64,000 nt of DNA from Nageia nagi. Taxonomy: Eukaryota > Plantae > Pinophyta. The notes under the pieces were generated by a model. It had not been told where the DNA came from, ran no database searches, and saw only the letters and a list, made by a program, of their open reading frames with translations. Below are positions 49,401 through 60,851 of the stretch, one piece after another. The position numbers were made by a program, and so were the translations under genes. The stretch spans positions 173,538,001-173,602,000 of the forward strand of contig JBITNC010000001.1 in the NCBI GenBank assembly GCA_050084985.1. The letters run 5' to 3'. Numbering within the stretch: the first letter of the stretch is position 1; every line of letters starts with the position of its first letter.

Positions 49401-52400
49401 CCTTCTTGGTTCGCTCATCACTTCTGGTTGTGTTTGATGTTCGGTGAAGATCTCACACATCTTTATAAAAAACTGTAACATAGTTGAAAAACTTGCCAAG
49501 TTCTTGCGAGTAATCATGAATTCTCGTACGTTTTGAGAAACACAAGTAACTTGCCTGATAAGTTCCTGACGAGTTTCTGTGAATTTCAGGTGAGTAACTT
49601 ATGAGTACATGCCGATAACTCAGCAACTATTCGAACGGAACACTGATTTACAATTTTTTGCTCAGTCAGGCTTAAGAGGGAAGTTTTTTTTTGCTCATTT
49701 GGTCTCTCTTGCTTTCCATTTCACTCTGAAGGTCTGCATGTTGAAGATTTTTTATGTTGTTTTTTCTATTTTTTTTTTATAAAATGATTTTAAGTTTTTT
49801 TGATTAGTTTTTTCCAAATCACTGAGTAGTCTCCAAAATTTGCCTTCTTGAGGACTCTCCAAAAGTCCTAATTTCTCACCTATGATTTTATAGTAATGAA
49901 CATTCTCCTCCTGTTTGTCTCTCATTTCACTTTGTAGGTCTTTATGTTGAGGATTTAAACATAGTTTTTTCTATGTTTTTTCAAAAATGTTGAGGATTTT
50001 TTTGCTGACTTTTTTCTGAGTTGCCGAGTACTCTCCAAAATTTGTTTTCTTTAGGACTCTCCAAGTCCAAATTTTCCAACTATGATTTATAGTATTGAAT
50101 ATTCTCTTCTTGTTTGTGTGTTGCTACTCTGTGCTTTTGCTTGTAAGTTGTCAGAGCCTGCAGCATTGAAGCACATGGATCTTAGTGCATCCATTGGTGA
50201 CTTGCAGACCTCTTGAATCCTTCATCTCTTCTGGTTCATCCAAGACCTCAAACATCTTCATATTCTTCTCAAAGTACACAGTGTATATATATTTGACAAA
50301 AAATTGCAGCAACCCAATCTTTAAATATGGCAAAACAAAAAATCAGGATTTTCAGACAAAAATCAGGCAACAGTAAAAATCGAGATTTATTCGTAAAATT
50401 GGAATTTATGAAAGATTTTTAAAACACTGATATATATAAATGAACATACTGTTCTTGTTGTTGTGTCTCTGCTTTGTGGTTTTGCTCTCTTTCAGTTCAG
50501 TTCAAAGTGGTAAAACTATGATCCTAAATAATTTTATAAATTAAATCTACAGTTATCATTTGACTTCTATTATTGTTTATTTTTTAACACATCTGCTCAA
50601 TAAATAATATTAGTTCTCAACTTAAATGCTGTACACTGCATTTTTCTTCATATCTGTGGGACTGTAGTTTAGTGGAGTTTTCAACAAAGTGAATTGACAC
50701 TTTCAAAATGAAGGATACACCAACAGATTTTTTACAGAATTCATTGTCTTTGAACCGTTGCCATTTAGTTGTCCTTTTAGAAAACAGAATAATTTACATA
50801 ACGAGTCTTTCTTTGCAATTTCTTGTTATTTAACATAATTAAACAATCTAGTTAACAGCATCTGAAGATGCTTTTGCATCTGAAATATTTCTACATTTGA
50901 TCTCAATCTTTTTTCTATTTTGTGAAAGGTTTAATTTGACTAATTAATTAGATGCTAACCGTTTTACATTTATGGGAGATGGCAATTGCAATATTGCCTA
51001 CAGTCTCGCTGCATAGTCAATTTCTACATTAAATATTAAAATCAAAGAAAAAAGTGAATGAGTTGGGAAGAGTACTGAAGATAAAAGAACGAAGAGGACA
51101 GGTCTTATTAAAATGGAAGGAGAATATTTGAGCTGAGGACTAGTTGGACATTGATGAAATTAGATGAGAGTAAAAGATAACTGATGCAATGGTGGAACAA
51201 GAAAAGAGGATAAACATATGAAAGTGTGAGAGGTACAGAAGAGAAGATAAAAAGACTAATAAGAAGTAAGAGAGAAAAGCTGGGGAAAATATATGTACAG
51301 AGCTTGTTGAACCCATTGCATCAGAATTTTTGTAGTTGCATATGCCTTTCATGTCAAAGATGTTTATTATCTGTATTTAGTTTATATATGGGATTCTGTT
51401 GTATTGAACTGGATGCCATGTGAATTCAATAATTATACATGGATTTCAAAGGCAGCTTGAAACTTGAAGATTAATGACATTTTTTAATGTTTCCGTGCCA
51501 GAGCTGAATTCCTTGCTGTTAATGTAACTTTTAATTTAGTAGAAAAGGTATAGTGCCCTAGTTCTTTTTTTAATGCATTCGACTGTAATTTTAATCTTAA
51601 TAGGTTGAAGCATCAAAAACATTGAAAGGACACACACAATGTGTTTCCTCAGTTGTGTGGTTTGAAAAGGACACAATTTATTCTGCTTCGTGGGACCATT
51701 CAGTTAGGAGCTGGGACGTTGAAACCGGGATTAATGCAATTACTCTGGTATACACGGAAGTTTTTCTAAATTTATTCTGGAAGGGGCCACTCTCCACAGA
51801 GACTTGCATACATTCCTGATTTGGTGACATTTTTTGACCGATCATTTACAGGGTTGTGGCAAAGTGCTTCATTCTTTAAGCATTGGAGGAGAAAGTTCAG
51901 CACTAATTGCTGCAGCAGGGGCTGATTCTGTAATTAGAATCTGGGATCCTCGTGTGCCAGGTGGGTTTTTGAAAATACCCATTGTTATAAATTTAGGAAA
52001 TGGGCCAGAGGAAGATTTTACTTTCATCCTTTCAGTGACTTGCAGCATCTTCTATTATTATATTTTAACAGATTGTTCCACTGTTAGGACAGGGTTGCTA
52101 ATGCCTATTCTTCAATTGTCTTCACACAAGTCTTGGATCACAACATGCAAGTGGTATGTCTTGCTATTATGCGTGATACACTGATGTATGTCCATAATAT
52201 ATAATAATTAGTTTTTAATCCTAAATCATTGTTGCTACTTGTATAGGCATCCAAACTCCAGGCATCATTTAATTTCGACATCTTATGATGGGACACTTAA
52301 GTTGTGGGATGTCAGAAGTAAGGTAAATTGTCAGTATGAGAGGGTATTATGCTAGGTAGTATCTTGAGATCTCCCTGTAGATTGCCTATATAATTCTAGA

Positions 52401-52722
52401 CACTATCACTTTATCTCTTCAACTATGTCTTTTCTTGGATTCTGATGGTTACAACTTACAGGTACCATTGATGACATTGGCTGCACACAAGGATAAGGTA
52501 AATCCCTTTTCTGATGCATAGGCGAAATGCATTCTGCGGCACCTAGTTGACTGGATTGTTCCCTAAATTAATTATTTTGTATGTGTGTTGGATATACATC
52601 ACGAGGTTCTAACTTCATGATCTGTATAGGTGCTGTGTGCTGACTGGTGGAAAGAGAATTCTGTAGTTACCGGTGGAGATGACTCAAAGTTGCAGATATT
52701 TTCAAACTTTAACATAAGATGA
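15482..52722 (+). CDS. WDR12: Ribosome biogenesis protein WDR12/YTM1 homolog (WD40), 5'-incomplete in window; 12 coding exons: 15482-15588, 43188-43223, 43384-43466, 47624-47688, 47792-47901/2, 48044-48181, 51604-51747, 51852-51960, 52093-52153, 52247-52322, 52462-52497, 52630-52722
   Basis: Spliced translation [68 protein letters not shown]...[13 protein letters not shown]...[13 protein letters not shown]...[13 protein letters not shown]...SVSVKKRK...[13 protein letters not shown]...[36 protein letters not shown]...IRIWDPR-...[14 protein letters not shown]...[14 protein letters not shown]-...[12 protein letters not shown]...[10 protein letters not shown] is colinear with plant WDR12 as I recall it. 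All junctions are GT-AG and phase-compatible except exon 5/6. Confidence 0.95.
16332..16544. mobile_element. hAT-family MITE, 213 bp
   Basis: Perfect 16-bp TIR CATAGTTGATTAATTC...GAATTAATCAACTATG; perfect 8-bp TSD GAAGTTGC on both sides. Confidence 0.95.
19573..20881. mobile_element. hAT-family non-autonomous element inserted in B 3' LTR
   Basis: TIR CTTTGTTGTCAAA...TTTGACAACTATG; TSD CTTCAAAT/CTTCAAAC; absent from the other LTR (empty site gggactccatacttagc at ~26452); CCGATT subterminal repeats. Confidence 0.88.
23385..23680 (-). pseudogene. B3 DNA-binding domain (REM-like), one in-frame stop and an 18-bp duplication
   Basis: PSFAKAT...[13 protein letters not shown]...[15 protein letters not shown]...[37 protein letters not shown]. 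Confidence 0.85.
23825..23991 (-). pseudogene. Agenet (plant Tudor-like) domain, one in-frame stop
   Basis: [22 protein letters not shown]...[25 protein letters not shown] fits the Agenet pattern W..GD.VEV....W..G.V...LR....W.G. Confidence 0.65.
25407..25442. repeat. (TA)n microsatellite in element B leader
   Basis: ~18 TA units. Confidence 0.95.
27020..31450 (+). pseudogene. Element A gag-pol, inactivated by stops and frameshifts
   Basis: gag LPYFDG / [14 protein letters not shown]; protease [11 protein letters not shown]; [31 protein letters not shown]; RNase [12 protein letters not shown]; IN GHLG...[13 protein letters not shown]; chromodomain [17 protein letters not shown]. Confidence 0.95.
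32180..33500 (-). pseudogene. hAT transposase remnant (DUF659/dimerisation type)
   Basis: [56 protein letters not shown]...FWELID..W...LHIPI. Confidence 0.85.
33900..34790 (-). pseudogene. LINE ORF1 remnant with K/E-rich tail
   Basis: [26 protein letters not shown] resembles the DUF4283-adjacent motif of plant L1 ORF1. Confidence 0.55.
35461..36551 (+). pseudogene. LRR-XII-type (non-RD) receptor kinase fragment: TM + kinase, conserved intron ~36123-36223 retained
   Basis: [45 protein letters not shown]|[27 protein letters not shown]; stops, frameshifts and decayed splice sites. Confidence 0.92.
38240..39590 (-). pseudogene. LRR-XII-type receptor ectodomain + TM fragment
   Basis: [89 protein letters not shown], then [23 protein letters not shown]. 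Confidence 0.88.
40348..40477 (+). mobile_element. Displaced distal fragment of element A LTR
   Basis: Matches 18350-18480 of A's 5' LTR (cccttggcagc.agacatc.ctctttgggac...gaatgagtttt). Confidence 0.85.
41000..41989 (-). mobile_element. LTR retrotransposon remnant: LTR ~41566-41989 with adjacent PBS 41553-41565 and leader
   Basis: ggctttggtacca is the reverse complement of an iMet-type PBS and lies next to a TG...CA-bounded segment. Confidence 0.45.
43188..43466 (+). CDS. WDR12: WDR12 exons 43188-43223 and 43384-43466
   Basis: [12 protein letters not shown] / [27 protein letters not shown] with canonical AG/GT and matching phases. Confidence 0.92.
44760..45560 (-). pseudogene. LINE ORF1 remnant with zinc knuckle
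   Basis: [11 protein letters not shown]...AHFCVQVNF...WNQQIKYE, then (C)[13 protein letters not shown] (CX2CX4HX4C). Confidence 0.75.
47624..48181 (+). CDS. WDR12: WDR12 exons 47624-47688, 47792-47901/2, 48044-48181
   Basis: [22 protein letters not shown] / FNPNEQ...[17 protein letters not shown](L) / [14 protein letters not shown]...SVKKRK...DSQ; the donor at 47902 is one base short of phase. Confidence 0.9.
48670..49140 (+). pseudogene. LINE ORF2 fragment (endonuclease-RT linker)
   Basis: RTFRLPNM (cf. RPFRFENMW) and [21 protein letters not shown] (cf. EE.YWRQKSR..WL.EGD.NTKFFH). Confidence 0.7.
51604..52722 (+). CDS. WDR12: WDR12 last six exons, stop TGA 52720-52722
   Basis: WD40 repeats GHTQCV...[43 protein letters not shown]; all GT-AG and in phase. 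Confidence 0.95.
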
Positions 52723-55700
52723 AATTGTGAACCTTTCCGCATGTAACATGGATTAACATATACTATCGCTAAATCACAGCTGAAGAAAATATTATAATGC
52801 TAATCTAGTCAGAATGTTGCAATGCAACTTTGGGTACTAAACATTTTTGTCGCATGTCAGAAAGGAAGATATTTGGAAAGAGTTGAGAATTTGCCTTCGA
52901 TTCTAGTCCATTATCTTTGTGGGAGTATTTTCATTTAAAAGCACAGGTGTAACATAATCTATTGGTCTCTAGCCTACTTATCTACCGATCTACGTGGCAT
53001 ACAATGGCGGATTTTACAATGACACTTGATATATTTAAACCAATTTTTAGATGATTTTCATATTCCTTGCTTTTATGAGATGTACAATTCATTTTGTTAC
53101 ACTATATCGTATAAATTATTAAATTATGAAGATATACTGCACAAAGGGTTACAGCCCAAATTGGGGAAGCTGACAACGCAAATAGTTGTCGTCATTTCGG
53201 TGCATACAAGCAGAAATCCAGAACTTCAAGTTCACAAACGAGGCTGGAATTATATTTGTAGTAGTTATGCTAAACAATATACACACTTATACAGTTGCTA
53301 ATTTTTTTATAAACACTAGGTTAGTAGTTATTCTAAACAATTTACACTCTTATGCAGTTGCTAAATTTTTTATGAACACTAGGTTAAGATGTGAAACAGT
53401 TTGGAAAAATAATTTTAAAATGCAATACCTTGAGGCTTACGTCATAGCAGCATCACGAGACTTTTCACCAATTACGATTGAGCAGATCATGGACTTGAAA
53501 GGGAAAAACTACATTTCGTCAAAGCTTTCCAAGGTCGAGTGGTGTCGTATTGAACGTCGAGATAGTATTCACGAAGTTTGTAGTCAGAGCCCTCTATTAA
53601 TGGAACACGTTTGCAGAAAGAAACATGGAACAAAACAATTGGATGGCACATCATTAAAACTGCATTTAAGATACGTCTATGTCCATGGAACATTGAGCAA
53701 CCACCATAAAAGACGCTATTAAAGTTGAGCTTATTGACTAACGTTTTGTATTGAGGGTGATGCAATGCCTAGTATTGCCAAGCTCCATAGTGGAGTACCA
53801 TGGTGAACAACATATATGATGAGGATGCCAGTTTAGTTTAAATCTTCATGGCTAGTGCTTCCAAGAGTAATGCAAGGTTTAGGAAGCTGTCGTTGGCAAG
53901 ATCATGCTTCAGGCCATTGCTGTGCACCGATGCAGTTCGTGCAATTCAGAGAAACATTGCAAATAATGCAAGGTTGAGGAAGCTGTCATGGTCATGCTGC
54001 AGGTCTTGCTTTGAGCAGTTTTCATCTTGAACAACGTTACCTTCTTGTGCATCCCCTTCCTAAAGCGTTGAAATTAAAAATGAAGTGTGGCAGTTGTAGC
54101 CTGTGTTACAACGATCGTGCTTGCGTTTAACAAGTTTGAAGTTCTAAAAACTTTCTAAGGATTTTGAAGATAAAAAAATTGCATTAAATTTGACATAATA
54201 AATATAAGTTAAAATATTATAAAATAATAGATGGTCATGATTAAATCCATAAAAAATAGAATTTTACAAAATAAATATAAATATCTATTAAAATTAAAGA
54301 TTAACAATTATTATTATTTTTATCACAAAATATATTAAATAAAATTTGTATTTATTTGTTACTTTCAAAAAGTAATATTTTTCTTATTAAGGATCATGAG
54401 GGTTTTCAAAGGGTCTAATTTTTTTTACATTTGAATCAGTCATCTATGCATATAAGTATTATTGCAAATAAGGTAATTCAAATTTAAAATCTTTTGGAAA
54501 AGAGATGTATTTAACTTGTGTCATCTCTTTGGGATTAAAAAAACTAATACTTGTATATTTAAATTTATTTAAAAATGCTCCAATTGGGTAGTGTAGTAGT
54601 TGGGTTTTGGGATGATTGCAACGGTTATGAGTTCCAATCTCTTCAATTGAATATGTGTAGTAAAAAAAAAATATAAAAATATAATTAGAATTAGAATTTA
54701 TTTATTATTTAAGAAATTAATACCTGTCTTTTTAAAATTATAAGCTAAATCAACCTGCGGAGTGTGTGACTTCTTAAGTTAGGTTATAAAAAATAAAATA
54801 AAATAATAAGTTCATTTTAAAAAATTAATATAGAAAAAATTAATAAATCAAACAAATTTTAAAAATTAAATAAAAAAATTTAAAAATAACAAATAAATTA
54901 TGCCATTCCAAGAACAACACTCAGTTCCACAAAAATAAAATATTGTGAAGTCATGTTTTGTTTAATAAGGATGTTTCGGCACTGTGTAAGCACAAAAGTC
55001 CATATGATGATAAAGATCTATCCAAACTTAATGCTAGTGCTTGCTTCATTTTTCTTGTTCCTTTTAGAGAGAGAGAAAGTGCTCTTGAAACTTGTTTTTG
55101 ATAATGGAGTATGTGGGGACAACAAGCCATTGTACAATGAGATGGTATTCGATTAAATCTTTGATCAAAAGCTATTTGGTTGAGGAACTAAAGTTGTGTT
55201 CCTAGTGCCATTAGATTTCTTTGATTACTTTTGATCTCCATTTGAAGTCACATCCTTGTGGTTGCATGTATTGTTGTAAATGAAGATACATATACAAAAA
55301 GAAAAAGGGGTGAGTTTATATGTAATTTATGTGTACAATATGATGAATTTTACTTCTTCACTCTACATATTACTACATCCCTTGCAGATCCTATTTACAA
55401 TTAACATAAAATTTCTATTCATTTTATTAGTGTCTGGAGGACTTATCATCCAATTGCTTATATAGTGACAATTATGGTTTTTTATACAGTTGATCCGTTT
55501 GAATTGAGACTTACTGACAAATAATTTGTCATTAATATTCAATCAAGTAGTCATAGGTTTTTTTTTTTTGTTGCATTATGTTCAATCAATTTGATTCTAT
55601 TGTTTAGTGTATGCATGCTTATTTTTAAATGAAAAGGTAGGAGAAGATTTGGATTCAATGACATACCTTGATTTATTTAATTTCTTAATTAAAATGTTTA

Positions 55701-56189
55701 ATTAATTTGGTTTTATTATTTAACATATATAATTGATTTTTTACTGTTGAAAGGTATGAAAATAATGACAATACCATTTTATTGTCTATGGACATTACGA
55801 TATTACATGTATAAAAAAAATATAATCAAAATAATGGCAATACCATCTCCTACAACACTACTACAATCTCCTACAACAACAAGAACAACTTCAAAACTAT
55901 AAAAATTCTAGAATGACTCTTGGTTTTCCTCCAAATCTTATAATCCCAAAACTCTCTAAAGCTCCATTGTAGAATCAAGAAAGTAGCATGTTTTTAAATA
56001 GAATTGAAAATATCTCCAAGGTGTCGGTTGATGATTCTGAACCGCTCAACTACCCGAATCGTTGATTGGATTTTAGTATTTGATCTGTCTCCAAGCACAA
56101 ATACCTTTAGAATGTGTACTGCTCCTGTAGAGATCAACCTGACACAATCCAATTCTAATCAAGAAGGTATTTGGTCCCACATGCATATA

Positions 56190-59100
56190 TGAGGATACAA
56201 CTCCCCAACCATGGACTTCTCCATGTACTTGGCTTTATTAGGCTTCTATCCTTTCAATCTAACCAACTGATCTAACCAATCGTAGCTCTATCAAACCTCT
56301 TCTTGTAGCACGAACCTTCTTTTGTAATATGAAATCCTCCTTGAGTTTATCCATAGTATTAGGAGCTAAGATATCAAGAGATAACAAAATTTGATTTGAA
56401 CCTACTTGATCTTCAATCAACATAGATGGCTCATATAATTTCAAATGCTCTACATTCACAATTGAATAGATGTTCATATATGTCGGTAGATTCAATCTAA
56501 AAGCATTCTTATTTACTTGCTTCATAATCTCAAATGGTCCATACCTTATAGGTTTCAACTTCTTGGCTAGTCCTTGCAATCTTTCCTTACTAAGATGTAA
56601 CCAAACATGGTCTCCCACATTAAACTTATGGTCAATTTTATATTTTTCACGTCTCATCTTGTACTTGGCTTGGCTTGTATTAAGTTGCTCTTAGACTTTC
56701 AAATGAATTTGCCAAATCTTTTCAACAAACTTTTTAGCTTGCTTTTCCTCTCTCTCAAGTGAATCTACTTCATCCTTTTGTTGTCCAAACATAATCAAAA
56801 GGTAAAGGTGGTAAATAACCAAAACAAGTCTCAAAAGGACTCTTATTAATAGAAGAATGAATTACCCTATTGTATGAATGTTGGATATATTCAAGATGTT
56901 CTTCCCAAGACTTAGGATGCTTGCCACAATAACCCCTAAAGAGTTGAACCACTATCCTATTCACTACTTCGATTTTTCCATCTGTTTGAAGATGAAAGGC
57001 AAGACTCTTCTTCAACCATGTATCCATCTTTTCCCATAAATATGTCCAAAACTTACTCAAAAATCTATTATCTCTATCTAAAACAATATAAGTAGATAAT
57101 CCAAAATGAACCCAAATATGAGAAAAGAATAAATTTGCAGCATCTTGTCCTATTATTGTCTTCTTATAAGGAATCAAAACACACATCTTGCTAAATCTAT
57201 CCATAATAATAAATAAAAAATCATGACTCTTTTTGGTCATAGGCAATCATCCCACAAAATCCATTAAGATACACTCCCAAGGACGTGAAGGTACTGTAAG
57301 TGGTTGATACAAACTCAATTTCTTGTTACTTGGCTTGCTAGTGTAACACAAAGAACACCCCCTTATATACTTGACAACTTGATCTTGCATCTTTGGCCAA
57401 TATACATACCTTTACAAATTGTACAATATCTTTCCAACCCCAAAATGTTCTGTAATTTTTGAAGTACGTGCTTCTCTAATCATTCCAATCTTCATCTACA
57501 GGTACACATAATGCATTAAAATGATAAAGAAGTCCATTTTGGAAATGAAAATTATCCAAGCCCTCATACTTAAACCTAGATGAAGTAACTATTCATACAC
57601 CTCTTCGAGTTAGGATCCTGCACATATGCCTCTGAAAATGACTCAGATAGTAAATGAAGAGATTTTAGCACAGAGAGGGAACTCACTAGCCCCTATTTGC
57701 ATGTTATTAACAATCCAAAATCAATGTTGCACACCGTTAGTAGCATGGAATTTGTAGGTACAAGTGGTCTAGAAAGCATGTCAACAACCTTATTCTATAT
57801 TCCTTTCTTATACTTGATCACTAGATGAAATTGTTGTAGAAATTCCATCCATCTATAATGTCTAGTTTGTTGAAATTTTGATTGAGTTTGTAAGTACTTT
57901 AATGGTTTATGATAAATATGAATGATTGTTTCTTTTTCCTTTAAGTAATATTTTCATTTTTTAACAGCTTAAACTAATGCATACATTTCCTTATAATAAG
58001 TAAGATAATTCAAAATAACCCCACTAAATTTTTCAAAATGATAACAATTTGGTTTAACTTCTTGTAACAAAACGACTCCCATGGAATAGTCACTTGCATC
58101 AGTTTCCACTTCAAATGGCTTCTGCAAATCAGGAAGTGCTACCATAAGTGCACTAACAATCTTTTCCTTCAAGGCATCCAAAGATATTTTTTGTTGTTTC
58201 TCCCTTTGGAACACTTGCCTCTTATCGTTTACATCATGTGAAGGTGAAGCAATATGAAAAAAATCAACGATAAATTTTCTCAAATATTGGACAACACCTA
58301 AGAAACTCCTTACATCAATTAAATTAGATGGCCTTGGCCAATCTACTATAGCACTTACTTTATTAAGATTTATCTTAAGTTGCCCATGACCAATAACATG
58401 GCCAAAATACACCAAAGACTCTTTACCAAACTCACATTTTGAATGTCTCACCAACATCTTTTCCCTATGTAAAGCTTGAAATACTTGTTTAAGATGTACA
58501 CCATGTTCTTTCAAAGTATAACTATAAATAAAAATATCATCAAAGTATACAACAACAAAAGAATTAATACATGGACAAAGCACATCATTCATTACCCTCA
58601 TAAATATGGTTGGTGCATTGCACAAACCAAATAGCAAAACAAGCCACTCAAATAGACTTTATCTTGTATTGAAAGTGGTCTTTCAAATGTCCTTTTGATT
58701 TGAACTTGGTGATATCCACTTCTCAAGTTCAGCTTTGTGAAAAATTTTGCCCCTTGCAACTGATCCAAAAGATCATCTATCCAAGGAAAAGGATAACAAT
58801 TTTGATGGTGATTTTGTTAAGTGCTTTATAGTTAATACACATTCTCCAAATTTGATCCTCCTTGGGAAACAAAACAATAGATGATCCACATGGAGATGTA
58901 CTTGGTTTGATCACACCTTGATCAACCAACTCCTGAATCTACCACTTTATCTCCTCTTTCTCTAAAAATGATTATTGATACAAAGCTATATTGGGTAATG
59001 AAGTATCAAGCAACAACTAAATATCATAATGTATATCCTGAATAAGAGGTAATCCCTATCATCATGTAAACAAATCAGTAAACTCTCGGACCAAATTTTG

Positions 59101-60830
59101 CATTTGTTCTTCTTTGCTGCATATTATTAATGACTTAAAATCAGTATTGCATGCCATTAACAACCTAAAATTAGTATTGCACACTATTAACAACATGAGA
59201 TTCATCTCACTAGAAGCTTTGATTTTCACCATGATCAACACAAACTTTATAGAAGCATTTACAAGGCATTTTACCTAACCAACAATGACCAAAGGTAGCT
59301 TTTTTTTGCTTTTATGTGCACTAGCTAGAAATACCTTTCCATCTTTCACCAATCATAATTTGTTCAATATTTTGTAATAAATACCATCTCTATCCCACAT
59401 ATAAAGGTTGCCAATAATAACACCACAAATATCTAAGGGAACAACCTCAACCATAACTTCATCAATGTACTTTACACAAATAGCAAATTTCAATTTACAT
59501 TGTTTAGTGACTTGCAACCTAGCATTGCAGTGCACCCAACCCAAAGGATCTATGGATATGGATGGTTGAAAGTTTCCAATCCCAAATTACTTACCATAGA
59601 TTCTGAAATCAAGTTAACTTGAGATCTCATATCAACAATGCAATCTACTTTGGTTTTCTTAATTTGGATCTTGAGGTGGAATAATTGAATCATTTGTTCT
59701 TTAATGTTTTGAGATTCTTCAACCTTTTGAATAGATAAATAATTTACTTTCTTATCAACATCTAAACTTCCTTCAATATCTTCACATTTAAGAACCATAG
59801 CATTAGTTTTCTCTTTATTCTTATGCTTATATGGACATAATTCCAAATGAAATTTTCAACATTTATCATCAACATGACCATCTTTATCACAATGATTACA
59901 ATGCCTATTATAATCTTCTTTCTTTGAAATATTAGTGGTCTTAGTTTCTTGCTAACCTTTACCGTTATCTTGTCCTCCCTTTGAATTTGAAGCCTTCTTG
60001 AACTCATCATATTATCTCCTTACTTTACAATCCTCCTCTAAGTATTGCATTTGCACACACACTTGATCAAGATTGGTAGGATTAAACAACATGATAGTAT
60101 TTTGCAAATGATTGTAAACCTCCAATGTACTTCATTAAAGTTTGAAGATCTTTAAGTGAAATCCCAAACAAAGTAGCTTGTTTCCTAAATTTTGTAGTAT
60201 ATTCTTGAACTGTTTTATCTCATTGTTGTCTAAAGAATTACAATTTTATCAATTATTTATTATGATGTCCTAATGGATAAAATTGATCTTTTAATAAGTT
60301 CTTAAATTCCAACTAAGGAGAAACTTCCGATACATGTTCATGACTAAGAGTTTCTACATGGCTTTCCCACCAAACTAAAGCATGACCACCCATATTTAAT
60401 TTAGCAAAAGAGATTTTATCAACATCATTTATAACACCATGATTTTGGAAATAAACCTTCAATTGTTTCAACCAATTGTTCAACTTTTTTGCATCAACCT
60501 TTCCTCCAAAAGTAGGAATGTCCACCTTGGCCTCCACCTTAAATGGAATTCGATTTGATGAAGATGATAAATTAGGTCCTCTAACTTCATTTTGTTACCT
60601 CTAATTGATATTTACATTTGCTTTAGTAACCAAGAACTCAACCAAATGAGCCAAATGATTCTCTATTACCGAAAATCTCCTTTCAAAATTGGCATTCGAC
60701 ATGGTACGAATAATAGATTGTTGCTCCTCCAAATCACCCATTTCAATCACTCTACACTTTCGACCAATCTCAAGATCCATTGGAATCAATTTTGGTATTT
60801 GAGATTTCCTTCCAAACATCAAAAGCACAC
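56190..60830 (-). pseudogene. Element C gag-pol remnant
   Basis: ORF pieces 60313-60537, 59550-59846, 59353-59544, 57969-58637, 56770-57246 and 56259-56657 in gypsy order. Confidence 0.92.
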
Positions 60831-60851
60831 CATTAGCAACCTAAAATCCCT

